A DNA stretch of 64,000 nucleotides from a virus: positions 96,001 to 160,000 of IMG/VR virus record IMGVR_UViG_3300028197_000003, one strand, 5' to 3'. A model generated the notes under the pieces. It was not told the DNA's origin. It ran no database searches and was given only the letters and a program-made list of their open reading frames with translations. Positions 9,303 through 18,664 of this stretch are shown here, piece after piece (the first letter of the stretch is position 1; the number at the start of each line of letters is the position of its first letter). A program made the translations under genes and the position numbers.

Positions 9303-9969
9303 TTGGGCACAGTCTACTCCACAAGCAATTCCAATCTATCCACCAGTCACTACACAGGTGGGGACGCCTATTGTCAATATTCCTGGTTGCGTTGAGGCAC
9401 ACAGAGACAGTAGTGAAAATCAAAATCTAAAGAATGAGGATAGAGAAGGCACGGTCACCTACTGTGATGCCGGAACACCTTCATTCACTCCTATTGATTA
9501 TGATAAAGACAATTTAGATATCACACAAAAGTCACCACCACCACCTATTATTCCTCCATCTAAAACACCGGAGCAGGAGACACCTGCACAACCTGGCATA
9601 CCAAAACGACCCACATGTCAGGAGGGTGAGAAATATAATGAGGCGAAGAAAGTTTGTGAAATTATAGTAGTTGAGGTTCCTGAAAAACAGATACCATGGA
9701 CTGAGCAGTATCTCCCTCCACTACCACTAGTAACTACTACCGCCTCAATCGCTGTAGTTGCGACGACTTCTGCACTGCTCGCAAAACCTCTCGCTGATCT
9801 TCTTTTGAAAGTGGTGAAACCTGTGACGAAGAAAGTGGTGAAGAAGATTGCTGCAATACGGAAGAAGGAGATCCCGGTACTATCTTTGTCTGCGAGGAGG
9901 GACGAGCAACGGGTACGGAACCAGGCGATCCGGACGTTGAAGTCTGCCCTCCGGCAAAGGAAGAGATAG
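9190..9969 (+). CDS. conserved cyanophage hypothetical protein, Pro-rich, with TM segment
   Basis: 259-aa ORF; IPGCVEAH...CDAGTPSF; basic C-terminus. Confidence 0.7.
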   Translation: MIRGKVEIPGINVNPVGIRRLQIGQLDIRDATIQKIPDWAQSTPQAIPIYPPVTTQVGTPIVNIPGCVEAHRDSSENQNLKNEDREGTVTYCDAGTPSFTPIDYDKDNLDITQKSPPPPIIPPSKTPEQETPAQPGIPKRPTCQEGEKYNEAKKVCEIIVVEVPEKQIPWTEQYLPPLPLVTTTASIAVVATTSALLAKPLADLLLKVVKPVTKKVVKKIAAIRKKEIPVLSLSARRDEQRVRNQAIRTLKSALRQRKR

Positions 9970-10753
9970 GTTGTGGAATTGTATGTCGGTGTCTTCTGAT
10001 AGCATCAACACTATCTACCACTACATCTGCACAGATTGCAGCATAGTGTGTTCCTGGTCTAAAATAAATTCCTGCCTTTTTCAATTCACCACAATTTTTC
10101 AAACGAGCAATCTCAAAGTCTAATCTTTTATTAGCAATCATTTGTTGCTGCATTTGTATCTGAGTATCTGCTGCTGACTTGCAACGTTCCTGTAGTCCAC
10201 CATCAAGTGGGAAAGATATTGTTGCAGATAAACCAAGACTGGTGCTGTAATTTCTAGTGTCACCAGTTCTTACTGGTTTCTTCCAGAGTTCTGACCCTGG
10301 ACTATCTGGTACACCATCACCAGTGATTTCCATGACAGTGATAGGCATGTCTGCACCATCTTCATAGGCACGAACAGTATCACCATCTGTGTTGGTATAA
10401 GTTCTATTATCATAATGTGATTCCCATGGCCAGTTCTTCACATTTTTTGTAACTTCTACTAACTGTCCTTCAAAATCTCTGTTGTCATACTGAGGTTCCA
10501 TGTAGTGTGTCTCAAATGGATCCTTATTATTACGAGCGTGAGTAATGAATGGTGTTATGTTAGCAGTAGGTCCTTGACAAGCAATTCCATTACCATATTG
10601 ATTAGTAATATAAGGACCTTGTAACACCTGAATAGCTTGGTTCGTAACCGAGCCAGAGCTATTAGCTATTGGACTTGCTGTTGCACTTACACCCCCTACA
10701 TCTCCCGCCAGTGTGGCAGGGGCAGTTGCAAGTTGAGTTAGACATAATACTAT
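9737..10753 (-). CDS. secreted protein, third gene of the minus-strand trio (start uncertain)
   Basis: Signal-peptide-like KYLYPIVLCLTQLATAPATLA, then GGVSATASPIANSSGSVTNQAIQVLQG; no ATG/GTG/TTG near the expected start. Confidence 0.7.
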   Translation of the reverse strand: MVLCLTQLATAPATLAGDVGGVSATASPIANSSGSVTNQAIQVLQGPYITNQYGNGIACQGPTANITPFITHARNNKDPFETHYMEPQYDNRDFEGQLVEVTKNVKNWPWESHYDNRTYTNTDGDTVRAYEDGADMPITVMEITGDGVPDSPGSELWKKPVRTGDTRNYSTSLGLSATISFPLDGGLQERCKSAADTQIQMQQQMIANKRLDFEIARLKNCGELKKAGIYFRPGTHYAAICADVVVDSVDAIRRHRHTIPQPISSFAGGQTSTSGSPGSVPVARPSSQTKIVPGSPSSVLQQSSSPLSSSQVSPLSKEDQREVLRAVQKSSQLQRLRR

Positions 10754-11202
10754 TGGGTAAAGATACTTGTGGTGTCGGTTACGCTGGTGACCTCCGTAAC
10801 CCTTTGGATTACAGTTTGATTCGAGATTCCCGGTCCTCGATATGTCTGAGTGAACTGAAACGCTTCTCCTGGATTTGTTATTTTGAATGCCGGATTGTTG
10901 TTGAAATTCAAAGCCGACTGGGTTGATGTTACTTGTCCTTCGACTCCCCCCATTGGGGTTACTGTCACTGTTGAGGTGTTGGCGGGGGGAGTGAGAGATT
11001 GTCCCCCGTTGTCCACGTTTGTCCCGGTTACTGAGTATTCCCATCCTGTTGAATAATCTATAGAGTTGATCGTTTCAGATACCTTTGAAGTAGTTTCCGT
11101 GTGACTGGTCATACTTCCCTGAGTGAAATTAGGGACCACAGGGACGGAATATACTGGTGAGGTTATACTAAGCAACGCCAATGCTGCTAGTATTTTATTC
11201 AT
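10750..11202 (-). CDS. secreted beta-rich protein
   Basis: Signal peptide MNKILAALALLSITSPVYS; T/S-rich mature part. Confidence 0.8.
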   Translation of the reverse strand: MNKILAALALLSITSPVYSVPVVPNFTQGSMTSHTETTSKVSETINSIDYSTGWEYSVTGTNVDNGGQSLTPPANTSTVTVTPMGGVEGQVTSTQSALNFNNNPAFKITNPGEAFQFTQTYRGPGISNQTVIQRVTEVTSVTDTTSIFTQ

Positions 11203-11697
11203 TTATCTAACCGTGATTTCAGTTACTACTTGTCCCGTGGCACTGGTGCCACCGCCGCCTGCGGTCAAACCAATTACGCCAGCACTTGTAATAGTACCTG
11301 CTAGATCACCAGCAACACCAATGGCAGTGCTAGTTTGATTTGAGTAAGAATTCACCGCACCAACAGCAGGAGCTGTAGTTACGATTGCATCCCCGGCGGT
11401 ATAAGAAGAACTAAAGGAGAAAGCACTCCCTGCAGTTTGTTGAGTTGCTGTAATTGATGGTGGCGCTGCAACACCATTAGACCCAACAGTTCCAAGACCA
11501 CCTACTACACCGGCAGTGGTGCCGTCTGAGGTGGTAACTCCGTTACCGGAGACACTGAGAGAGTTACCAATTCGCTGCACATTGGTTGCGGCAGCATCAA
11601 CTGTCAATTGAACTGATGATGTAATGCGGTGTGTCAGGTCTGCTCTAGCAGCACTACTCATACTGAGTAAAGCCACAATAAAAAGTAGACTTTTCAT
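11203..11697 (-). CDS. secreted G/S/T/A-rich protein
   Basis: Signal peptide MKSLLFIVALLSMSSAARA; low-charge, beta-rich mature part. Confidence 0.8.
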   Translation of the reverse strand: MKSLLFIVALLSMSSAARADLTHRITSSVQLTVDAAATNVQRIGNSLSVSGNGVTTSDGTTAGVVGGLGTVGSNGVAAPPSITATQQTAGSAFSFSSSYTAGDAIVTTAPAVGAVNSYSNQTSTAIGVAGDLAGTITSAGVIGLTAGGGGTSATGQVVTEITVR

Positions 11698-11759
11698 TGC
11701 ATACCCTTAGAAATTGTACCTAGTTTATATATGATATATAACAAGTGATCTTGATTACT

Positions 11760-12413
11760 ATGAAGATTTTTCTAGATACTGCTGACACAGATATTATCAA
11801 TCAGTATCTACCAACCGGGTTGATTGATGGGGTGACTACTAACCCTACTCTCATGCTCAAAAGTGGTAAATGTCCTGACGATGTTTATCAAGACCTAGCA
11901 GACATGGGTCTTCCTGACATTAGTATGGAAGTGGGTGGCAACGCCATGGAAATGCTTGAAGAAGGAAGACGTTTATCTACTAAGTTTGGAAAGTGTGCTA
12001 CTATAAAGGTACCTTGCACACCTGATGGACTTTGGGTATGTAAAGAACTCTCACGTGATCTCATCAGAGTCAATGTCACTTTGATTTTTGCTGCATCACA
12101 AGCAATCCTTGCTGCTAAAGCAGGTGCATATTATGTGTCCCCGTTCGTGGGTCGCTATGATGACAATAGTATCAGTGGTCTAGAACTTGTCCGTTCTATT
12201 GCTGAGGTCTATGGTCGCCAAGGTGTTCGTACTCAAGTCCTAGCAGCATCACTTCGTGATGTGTATAAAGTCTCTCGGTGTTTTTACAACGGAGCAAGCG
12301 TAGTAACGATGCCTCCAGCAGTGTTTGAAAAAATGTTCAATCATGTGCTGACGGATAAGGGACTAGAAATTTTTGATCAAAATTTGGAAGAAATTCGTAA
12401 TGCGAATCATTGA
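11760..12413 (+). CDS. talC: transaldolase (TalC/MipB family)
   Basis: MKIFLDTAD, GVTTNPTL, IKVP, VNVTLIF, YVSPFVGR. Confidence 0.97.
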   Translation: MKIFLDTADTDIINQYLPTGLIDGVTTNPTLMLKSGKCPDDVYQDLADMGLPDISMEVGGNAMEMLEEGRRLSTKFGKCATIKVPCTPDGLWVCKELSRDLIRVNVTLIFAASQAILAAKAGAYYVSPFVGRYDDNSISGLELVRSIAEVYGRQGVRTQVLAASLRDVYKVSRCFYNGASVVTMPPAVFEKMFNHVLTDKGLEIFDQNLEEIRNANH

Positions 12414-12951
12414 CTATGCTGTTTCTGAAGAACTAATTGATCTTTGCGTTCAAGAGATCGAGTCGAAGAAGAAACATGACTGCTGGGGTATCAGTAAGTG
12501 GAAATGGGGTGCAACCTTGATGACCTCTTCTATGAAGAGTTTTTGTCTTTCTGCAAAACCCTGTACGGATCTCTACAAAAGACTCCGTAACGAGACTTCT
12601 CCTTGGTTACCGTTTGTTCCTACTGCTATCAACTATCACGTATGGTTGCCTGGTTCTGGAATCAACTGGCACAATGATGGTGACTATGTTTATGGTGCCA
12701 CCCTTCACCTGAAGGACTGGCCACCTGAGCATGGTGGTATTTTTATGTGGAAAGAAAATGGGACTGACATCCTTCATTCCACGTACCCGAAAAAAAATAC
12801 AATGGTGATCAATGAGGGAGAGGAACGGCATGCTGTATCTCCTATTGTTGTTAGTGAAAAAGATGCAGGACTAAGAATGTCAGTTCAATTATTCTGCACT
12901 AGAGAAGCAGCACATCAAGCAAGAAGAAGTGGTGGAGGTAGAACTATCTAA
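12400..12951 (+). CDS. 2OG-Fe(II) oxygenase
   Basis: WHND...HGG...HAVS...RMSVQLF (HxD...H...R pattern). Confidence 0.8.
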   Translation: MRIIDYAVSEELIDLCVQEIESKKKHDCWGISKWKWGATLMTSSMKSFCLSAKPCTDLYKRLRNETSPWLPFVPTAINYHVWLPGSGINWHNDGDYVYGATLHLKDWPPEHGGIFMWKENGTDILHSTYPKKNTMVINEGEERHAVSPIVVSEKDAGLRMSVQLFCTREAAHQARRSGGGRTI

Positions 12952-13214
12952 TGGATTTCAAAGTAAAATGTTTGCAATGCAATACTGAGATTGAAGACAC
13001 TGGTAAGTTTCATACTTGTGGGTGTCCTAACGGTCTATCTTTTTGCAACGGTAAAATCACTGCTATGGATATGGGACTTGTGGTAGAAGTTCCCATTTAT
13101 AGGCAGGAATCCAAAGTGCATAAGCAAAGCAGTTACCTGTCTCCGGAAGATCTAAGTTTTCAAGAGAGGCGACGGGACCGAGATTTCAAAAAATTGTCAT
13201 ACGACGTACGATAA
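12951..13214 (+). CDS. small Cys-rich (probable Zn-binding) hypothetical protein
   Basis: CLQC...CGCPN motif. Confidence 0.7.
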   Translation: MDFKVKCLQCNTEIEDTGKFHTCGCPNGLSFCNGKITAMDMGLVVEVPIYRQESKVHKQSSYLSPEDLSFQERRRDRDFKKLSYDVR

Positions 13215-13217
13215 ATA

Positions 13218-13246
13218 TTGACAGGATCCTTTGGGTCCTTTATACT
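13218..13246 (+). promoter_or_regulatory. sigma70-type promoter
   Basis: TTGACA-17 nt-TATACT. Confidence 0.75.
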
Positions 13247-13267
13247 ATAGACAACTTTACTACCACA

Positions 13268-13495
13268 ATGTCCCGAGGAGTCTTCCTTTCCAAATTCAAG
13301 AACTATACTAAAATCTTAGTAGATGCAGTAGAGGAAAAAACCGATCTTGAATATGAGCATCCTTCTCTGTATGAAAATCTAATTTCTCACTACAGAGATC
13401 AAGAAGTTTATTTCTATGAAGACCAGGACAAAAACTACAATGTACTGATTGATAAGTTAGAATATGACCTTATGAATTCTGGCATGTGGGGATGA
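13268..13495 (+). CDS. hypothetical protein
   Basis: 75-aa acidic ORF just downstream of the promoter. Confidence 0.7.
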   Translation: MSRGVFLSKFKNYTKILVDAVEEKTDLEYEHPSLYENLISHYRDQEVYFYEDQDKNYNVLIDKLEYDLMNSGMWG

Positions 13496-13851
13496 AAGAG
13501 AATCGCCCTTGGGGTTGGTATGAAACTATTGAAGATGGATCAGACTACAAACTAAAAAAGATCTATCTGCACCCAAGACAACGTTTCTCACTCCAATTCC
13601 ACAGGAAAAGAACAGAACAGTGGATCGTAATTCAAGGTAGTGGTGTAATCACTTTAGGTCACGATGATCTTGAATGCAAACCAGGGGATAGTTTTACTAT
13701 CGGTATTGAACAACGTCATCGTGCTGAAGCAGGTGATGATGGACTTACTTTTTTTGAAGTACAAAGAGGTGAGTGTGATGAATGTGACATTGTCCGTATA
13801 GAGGATGATTACGGTCGCACTGGCAATTCAATTTTAGATTATTTGATATGA
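13492..13851 (+). CDS. mannose-6-phosphate isomerase type II cupin domain protein
   Basis: RPWGWY, FSLQFHRKRTEQW, HR, EVQRG...DIVRIEDDYGR. Confidence 0.9.
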   Translation: MKENRPWGWYETIEDGSDYKLKKIYLHPRQRFSLQFHRKRTEQWIVIQGSGVITLGHDDLECKPGDSFTIGIEQRHRAEAGDDGLTFFEVQRGECDECDIVRIEDDYGRTGNSILDYLI

Positions 13852-14795
13852 CTTACATGGTTACCGGCGGTGCCGGGTTTATTGGTAGTAACTTTTTACA
13901 TTTCCTCACTAAAAAAACGTCAGAACCTATTGTCGTACTTGATAATCTGACTTACGCTGGTGACATGAGATTTATTCCTGTTACTAAGCAGGTAAAATTT
14001 GAGTGGTGTGATATCTCAAATGAAGATCATGTATTGTTTCTATTTGAGAAATACCAACCCAAAAAGATCTGGCATTTTGCGGCAGAGAGTCACGTAGATA
14101 ATAGCATCGCCAACTATCGACCTTTCCTAGAGGCAAATGTTATAGGCACTATCAATCTCCTCAATGCTTCATTGAATACGGAGGTTGAAAAGTTCCATCA
14201 CATTTCTACTGATGAGGTGTATGGATCTCTGGAGTATGACGATACGGAACTCTTCACAGAAGAGACCCCATACAATCCTAAAAACCCATACTCTGCAAGC
14301 AAAGCAGCATCAGATCATTATGTCAAGACTTGGCATAATACATATGATCTTCCATACCTAATCACTAACTGTAGTAATAACTATGGTGTGCGTCAGCACG
14401 TAGAAAAACTTATTCCAAAAGTTATCGGTCGTGCAATGAGGGACGAGGTTACTTACATGTATGGGGGTGGTCAACAGATCCGTGATTGGTTGTATGTCAA
14501 CGATCATTGTGAAGCAATCTGGTCACTAGAAAAAGAAGGTGTAATCAATAACCATTTCAATATTGGTGGTGGTTGTGAAATGAGAAACATTGATGTGACT
14601 AAGAAAATCTTGGATCTTTTGAAAAAACCACATGATCTTATTGGGATATCCCATGAAAGACCTGGTCAAGACAAGCGTTATGGCATAAAATATGATAAAC
14701 TGACTAAGTGTACTGGGTGGAAACCCTGTACTGATTTTGATTACGGACTACGTGCAACTGTTTCATGGTACTTAGAAAGATGGGGACTGATCTGA
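13848..14795 (+). CDS. rmlB: dTDP-glucose 4,6-dehydratase
   Basis: VTGGAGFIGSNF, AAESHVDNSI, STDEVYG, YSASK, RPGQDKRY. Confidence 0.93.
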   Translation: MTYMVTGGAGFIGSNFLHFLTKKTSEPIVVLDNLTYAGDMRFIPVTKQVKFEWCDISNEDHVLFLFEKYQPKKIWHFAAESHVDNSIANYRPFLEANVIGTINLLNASLNTEVEKFHHISTDEVYGSLEYDDTELFTEETPYNPKNPYSASKAASDHYVKTWHNTYDLPYLITNCSNNYGVRQHVEKLIPKVIGRAMRDEVTYMYGGGQQIRDWLYVNDHCEAIWSLEKEGVINNHFNIGGGCEMRNIDVTKKILDLLKKPHDLIGISHERPGQDKRYGIKYDKLTKCTGWKPCTDFDYGLRATVSWYLERWGLI

Positions 14796-15619
14796 AGTCC
14801 TACAACAGTCCGGTCACTCTCTATGGTCCTGGTTTTGTAGGTGGTAGGTATGCTGAGATGTTTCCTGATACTTTGGTACAGGAACGCGATGAATACAAAC
14901 CACAATCTAAGAAGATTCTCTACATGATCTCTACGGTGGACAACTATAATGTTCACAAGGATCTCAATATGGATGTTGATACTAATCTTCGTCTTCTTTG
15001 TGATGTCTTACATCATTGTCGTAATGAAGACATTGAGTTCAACTTTATCTCCTCATGGTTTGTGTATGGTAAGGGGTGCGAGATTCCTGCCCATGAGTCA
15101 GATCATTGCAACCCAACTGGGTTCTATAGCATCACCAAGAAGTGTGCAGAAGATCTAATCAAATCATTCTGTGATGTATACAAGATGAAGTATCGCATTC
15201 TTCGTCTTTGTAATGTTATGGGAGATGATCCCAAAGCATCAAAACAAAAGAATGCAATCATGTGGATGATCAATCAACTAAAAGAGCACAAACCAATTGA
15301 TCTTTATGATCAAGGTAGTCACCGTCGTGATGTCATGCATGTTGATGACGTATGTCGTGCAATCAAAACTGTTATTTCTGAAGGTGATTTGAATGCCGTC
15401 TATAATATTGGGTCAGGTATACCCACTCCTATTGCTGATATTGTTGATACAGCAGTATCTGTCTTGACCAGTCGTTCTGCCATAGATATGATTGATCCTC
15501 CCAAGTTTCATAATGATGTCCAGACACAAGACTTTTATCTTGACACCACTAAACTTCAGGAATTAGGATTCAGACCAAGCATGGACACAGTTGAAATCGT
15601 GGAGTCGTTATGCTCGTAA
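14780..15619 (+). CDS. NAD-dependent epimerase/dehydratase (extended SDR)
   Basis: GPGFVG, SSWFVYG, YSITK, RDVMHVDDV. Confidence 0.85.
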   Translation: MGTDLKSYNSPVTLYGPGFVGGRYAEMFPDTLVQERDEYKPQSKKILYMISTVDNYNVHKDLNMDVDTNLRLLCDVLHHCRNEDIEFNFISSWFVYGKGCEIPAHESDHCNPTGFYSITKKCAEDLIKSFCDVYKMKYRILRLCNVMGDDPKASKQKNAIMWMINQLKEHKPIDLYDQGSHRRDVMHVDDVCRAIKTVISEGDLNAVYNIGSGIPTPIADIVDTAVSVLTSRSAIDMIDPPKFHNDVQTQDFYLDTTKLQELGFRPSMDTVEIVESLCS

Positions 15620-16911
15620 GAAAGAAAGTTGAAAACTTTATTGATGCCCTAGAGGCAGATGGTGAAAAACTATTTCCCTACATGGCAAACAGGGGATGGC
15701 AACCAGGTGATAACATTTACTATTCTGGTCCTTACTGGGACAATCAAGAACCTGCTGCCGCTATCACTACCTTACTCCAAGGTAAATGGTTGCCTGCTGG
15801 TGAAGAAGTCAACAAATTTGAACGTGCATTCTCTAAGCAGTTTGAGTTTGACTATTCTGTGATGGTGAACAGTGGATCATCTGCCAACCTGGTGATGATT
15901 GCTGCACTAAAAAAGTATTTTGATTGGCATGATGGTGATGAGATCATTGTCTGCACCTGTGGGTTCCCCACAACTATCAATCCCATCATCCAGAATGGTC
16001 TTACACCAGTCTTTGTAGATATCAACTATGGTGATCTCAACTGGGATCTTGATCAACTAGAGAGCAAGATTACTCCTAGAACTGTGGCGCTTTTTTCGTC
16101 TCCTGTTCTGGGAAATCCCTATGACTTCGATAAGTTCATCGAGATTGTCGATAGGAATAACCTGCGGTACATCGCTGACAACTGTGACTCGCTCGGTTCC
16201 AAGTGGCGTGGTGAGTTGCTTACCAAACATGCCGTCGCAGCGTCTTGTTCTTTCTATCCAGCGCACCATATCAGCACGATTGAAGGCGGGATGGTTTCTT
16301 CTAACATTGAGGAGATCGTTCAGATCGCCAGGTCTTTCGCATGGTGGGGGAGAGGTTGTTATTGTGTAGGAACCCAGAATAAATTGCCCAACGGTGTCTG
16401 TGGGCAACGCTTCGACCGCTGGTTGGAAGGGTACGATCAAGATGTCGATCATAAGTATGTCTTTGGCGTTCAAGGATACAACCTCAAGCCTGCCGACTTG
16501 CAAGGGTCTATTGGGTTGGTACAACTGACTAAGCAAAATGAGATACATAGCATCCGTCGTAGCAACAAAGCTAGACTTCACGAGATCTTCAGTCAGATTC
16601 CGGGTGCTCGGGTTATTGAAGAGAAAGAGCATGCAGAGACTAGTTGGTTTGGTGTTCCTATCGTCTGCGAAGAATATAAACACCGCCTCGTAAAATATTT
16701 AGAGAGTAATAAAGTCCAGACAAGGAACTATTTTGCTGGTAATATTCTAATGCATCCTGCATACCAACATATTGAACCTGCAAGCAATTATCCAAACGCA
16801 TGTAAGGTTTTAGATAATGTATTTTTTGTTGGATGTAGTCCTGTTATTACTGAACCTATGTTAGAATACATAGATGAGGTTGTTTCTAATTACATTTCTG
16901 AAAATTACTAA
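15610..16911 (+). CDS. rfbH: DegT/RfbH-like PMP-dependent NDP-4-keto-6-deoxyhexose 3-dehydrase
   Basis: VNSGSSANL; SFYPAHHI (His where aminotransferases have Lys); CYC...C cluster; RNYFAGN. Confidence 0.85.
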   Translation: MLVRKKVENFIDALEADGEKLFPYMANRGWQPGDNIYYSGPYWDNQEPAAAITTLLQGKWLPAGEEVNKFERAFSKQFEFDYSVMVNSGSSANLVMIAALKKYFDWHDGDEIIVCTCGFPTTINPIIQNGLTPVFVDINYGDLNWDLDQLESKITPRTVALFSSPVLGNPYDFDKFIEIVDRNNLRYIADNCDSLGSKWRGELLTKHAVAASCSFYPAHHISTIEGGMVSSNIEEIVQIARSFAWWGRGCYCVGTQNKLPNGVCGQRFDRWLEGYDQDVDHKYVFGVQGYNLKPADLQGSIGLVQLTKQNEIHSIRRSNKARLHEIFSQIPGARVIEEKEHAETSWFGVPIVCEEYKHRLVKYLESNKVQTRNYFAGNILMHPAYQHIEPASNYPNACKVLDNVFFVGCSPVITEPMLEYIDEVVSNYISENY

Positions 16912-18011
16912 TGGATAGACAAAAGCGAGCATTGGTCCTGGGTGCCGGTGGTTTCATCGGTAGTCATATGGTCAAGCGACTCAAGACCGAAGGGTATTGG
17001 GTTCGTGGTGTGGACCTCAAGGTTCCTGACTTCTCAGATTCAGTAGCGGATGAATTCATCCAAGGTGATCTGCGAGATTATACTTTTGTCGAACGTGTAA
17101 TTGAGTACAAGGGTGAACAGGGTAACTTTTATAACTCTGTTCCCTACCAGTACATCGACACCTTTGATGAGATCTATCAGTTTGCTGCTGACATGGGTGG
17201 TGCTGGTTACATCTTTACTGGTGAGCATGATGCAGATATCATGCACAACTCTGCAAGCATCAACTTGAACTTGCTGCAGTCAGTCTATAAATTCAATGAG
17301 ACCTTTGATGGTCGTGATAAAGAGTGGACTGTAGCAAATCGTCCTAAGAAAGATCAACCCACAAAGATCTTTTATAGTTCTTCTGCTTGCATGTATCCAG
17401 AGCACAATCAACTAGACCCCGATAATCCAGACTGCCGTGAAGAATCTGCGTACCCTGCTGCTCCTGATTCGGAGTACGGCTGGGAAAAACTCTTTAGCGA
17501 AAGACTTTACTTTGCTTACAACCGTAATCATGGGATTCCTGTTCGTGTCGCTCGCTATCACAACATCTTCGGACCTGAAGGAACCTGGGAAGGTGGAAAA
17601 GAGAAGGCACCTGCTGCAATCTGCCGCAAAGTCGCTTTCCTCCCGCTCCAAGGTGGAGCTATCGAGGTGTGGGGAGACGGCTTACAGACTCGTTCCTTCT
17701 TGTTCATTGATGAATGCATCGAAGCGACTTGGAGACTGATGCAGTCTGACTTCATGGGTCCTGTGAACATTGGATCTGAGGAGATGGTCACCATCAATCA
17801 ACTGGCAGAAATCACGGCGAAAGTTGCACGTAAAGATGTTACCAAGATTCATCTTGATGTTCCTCACACAGGTGTTCGAGGACGCAACTCCAACAACGAT
17901 CTAATTCGAGAGAAATTAGGTTGGGATTATTCTCAATCCCTTGAAGAAGGTATCTCTCTGACTTACAATTGGATCATTCAACAAATCGGGAAGAACCTTG
18001 AGGGATCATGA
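16911..18011 (+). CDS. NDP-sugar epimerase, GDP-mannose 3,5-epimerase-like
   Basis: GAGGFIG, AADMGGAG, SSACMYP, YGWEK, EKAPAAICRKV. Confidence 0.85.
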   Translation: MDRQKRALVLGAGGFIGSHMVKRLKTEGYWVRGVDLKVPDFSDSVADEFIQGDLRDYTFVERVIEYKGEQGNFYNSVPYQYIDTFDEIYQFAADMGGAGYIFTGEHDADIMHNSASINLNLLQSVYKFNETFDGRDKEWTVANRPKKDQPTKIFYSSSACMYPEHNQLDPDNPDCREESAYPAAPDSEYGWEKLFSERLYFAYNRNHGIPVRVARYHNIFGPEGTWEGGKEKAPAAICRKVAFLPLQGGAIEVWGDGLQTRSFLFIDECIEATWRLMQSDFMGPVNIGSEEMVTINQLAEITAKVARKDVTKIHLDVPHTGVRGRNSNNDLIREKLGWDYSQSLEEGISLTYNWIIQQIGKNLEGS

Positions 18012-18664
18012 ACACTACGTATAACTATGAACGCGATGCTCTGAAGTCTACTTTCACAGGGCACACTAAAGTTTTTGAAAATTTCTCTCAAGCATACCAG
18101 GATTTGTTTGTCCTAACTATGTTGAATGGAAAAAAGAATGGTAAGTATGTGGAGGTGGGTGCTAATCATCCCCAATCTTTGAACAATACTTTCCTACTTG
18201 AGACAGTATTTGGTTGGCGTGGTTTCTCTGTAGAGATTGAGCGTTCAATGTGTGAGGTTTTCAACGGAGACATGGCACGGCAGAACCAATGCTATGAAGC
18301 AGATGCCACTACGTTTGATTACTCCGAGGCAATCGCTAAAGAAAAGTGGCAGGGTCGTATTGATTACTTCTCTGTTGACTGTGAACCTCCTGAGGTGACG
18401 TTCAAGGCACTCAAAGCATTCCCTCATGATGAATTCCGTGCCAGCGTTATCACCTTTGAACATGACTCGTACAAGGACGGTGAGACTATCCGTGATCATT
18501 CACGTCAATTCTTAGAAGATCTTGGTTACCAACTGGTATGTGCCAGTGTTTGTAATGGTGGTAATTCTTATGAAGATTGGTGGGTTGATCCTACTGTTGT
18601 AAAAGAATCAGTTTGGAAACCCTTTGAGTGTGTTGATGTAGAAGCACGAAACATTTTGGTATGA
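18008..18664 (+). CDS. FkbM-like SAM-dependent methyltransferase
   Basis: SQAYQD, YVEVGA, IDYFSVDCE, YEDWW. Confidence 0.7.
   Translation: MNTTYNYERDALKSTFTGHTKVFENFSQAYQDLFVLTMLNGKKNGKYVEVGANHPQSLNNTFLLETVFGWRGFSVEIERSMCEVFNGDMARQNQCYEADATTFDYSEAIAKEKWQGRIDYFSVDCEPPEVTFKALKAFPHDEFRASVITFEHDSYKDGETIRDHSRQFLEDLGYQLVCASVCNGGNSYEDWWVDPTVVKESVWKPFECVDVEARNILV

Noticed and set aside
16057-16683. 208-aa minus-strand ORF, and similar antisense ORFs (e.g. 59254..59709, 53663..54055, 27390..27785)
   Set aside because: They are shadows of well-supported + strand genes and contain no recognisable motifs.
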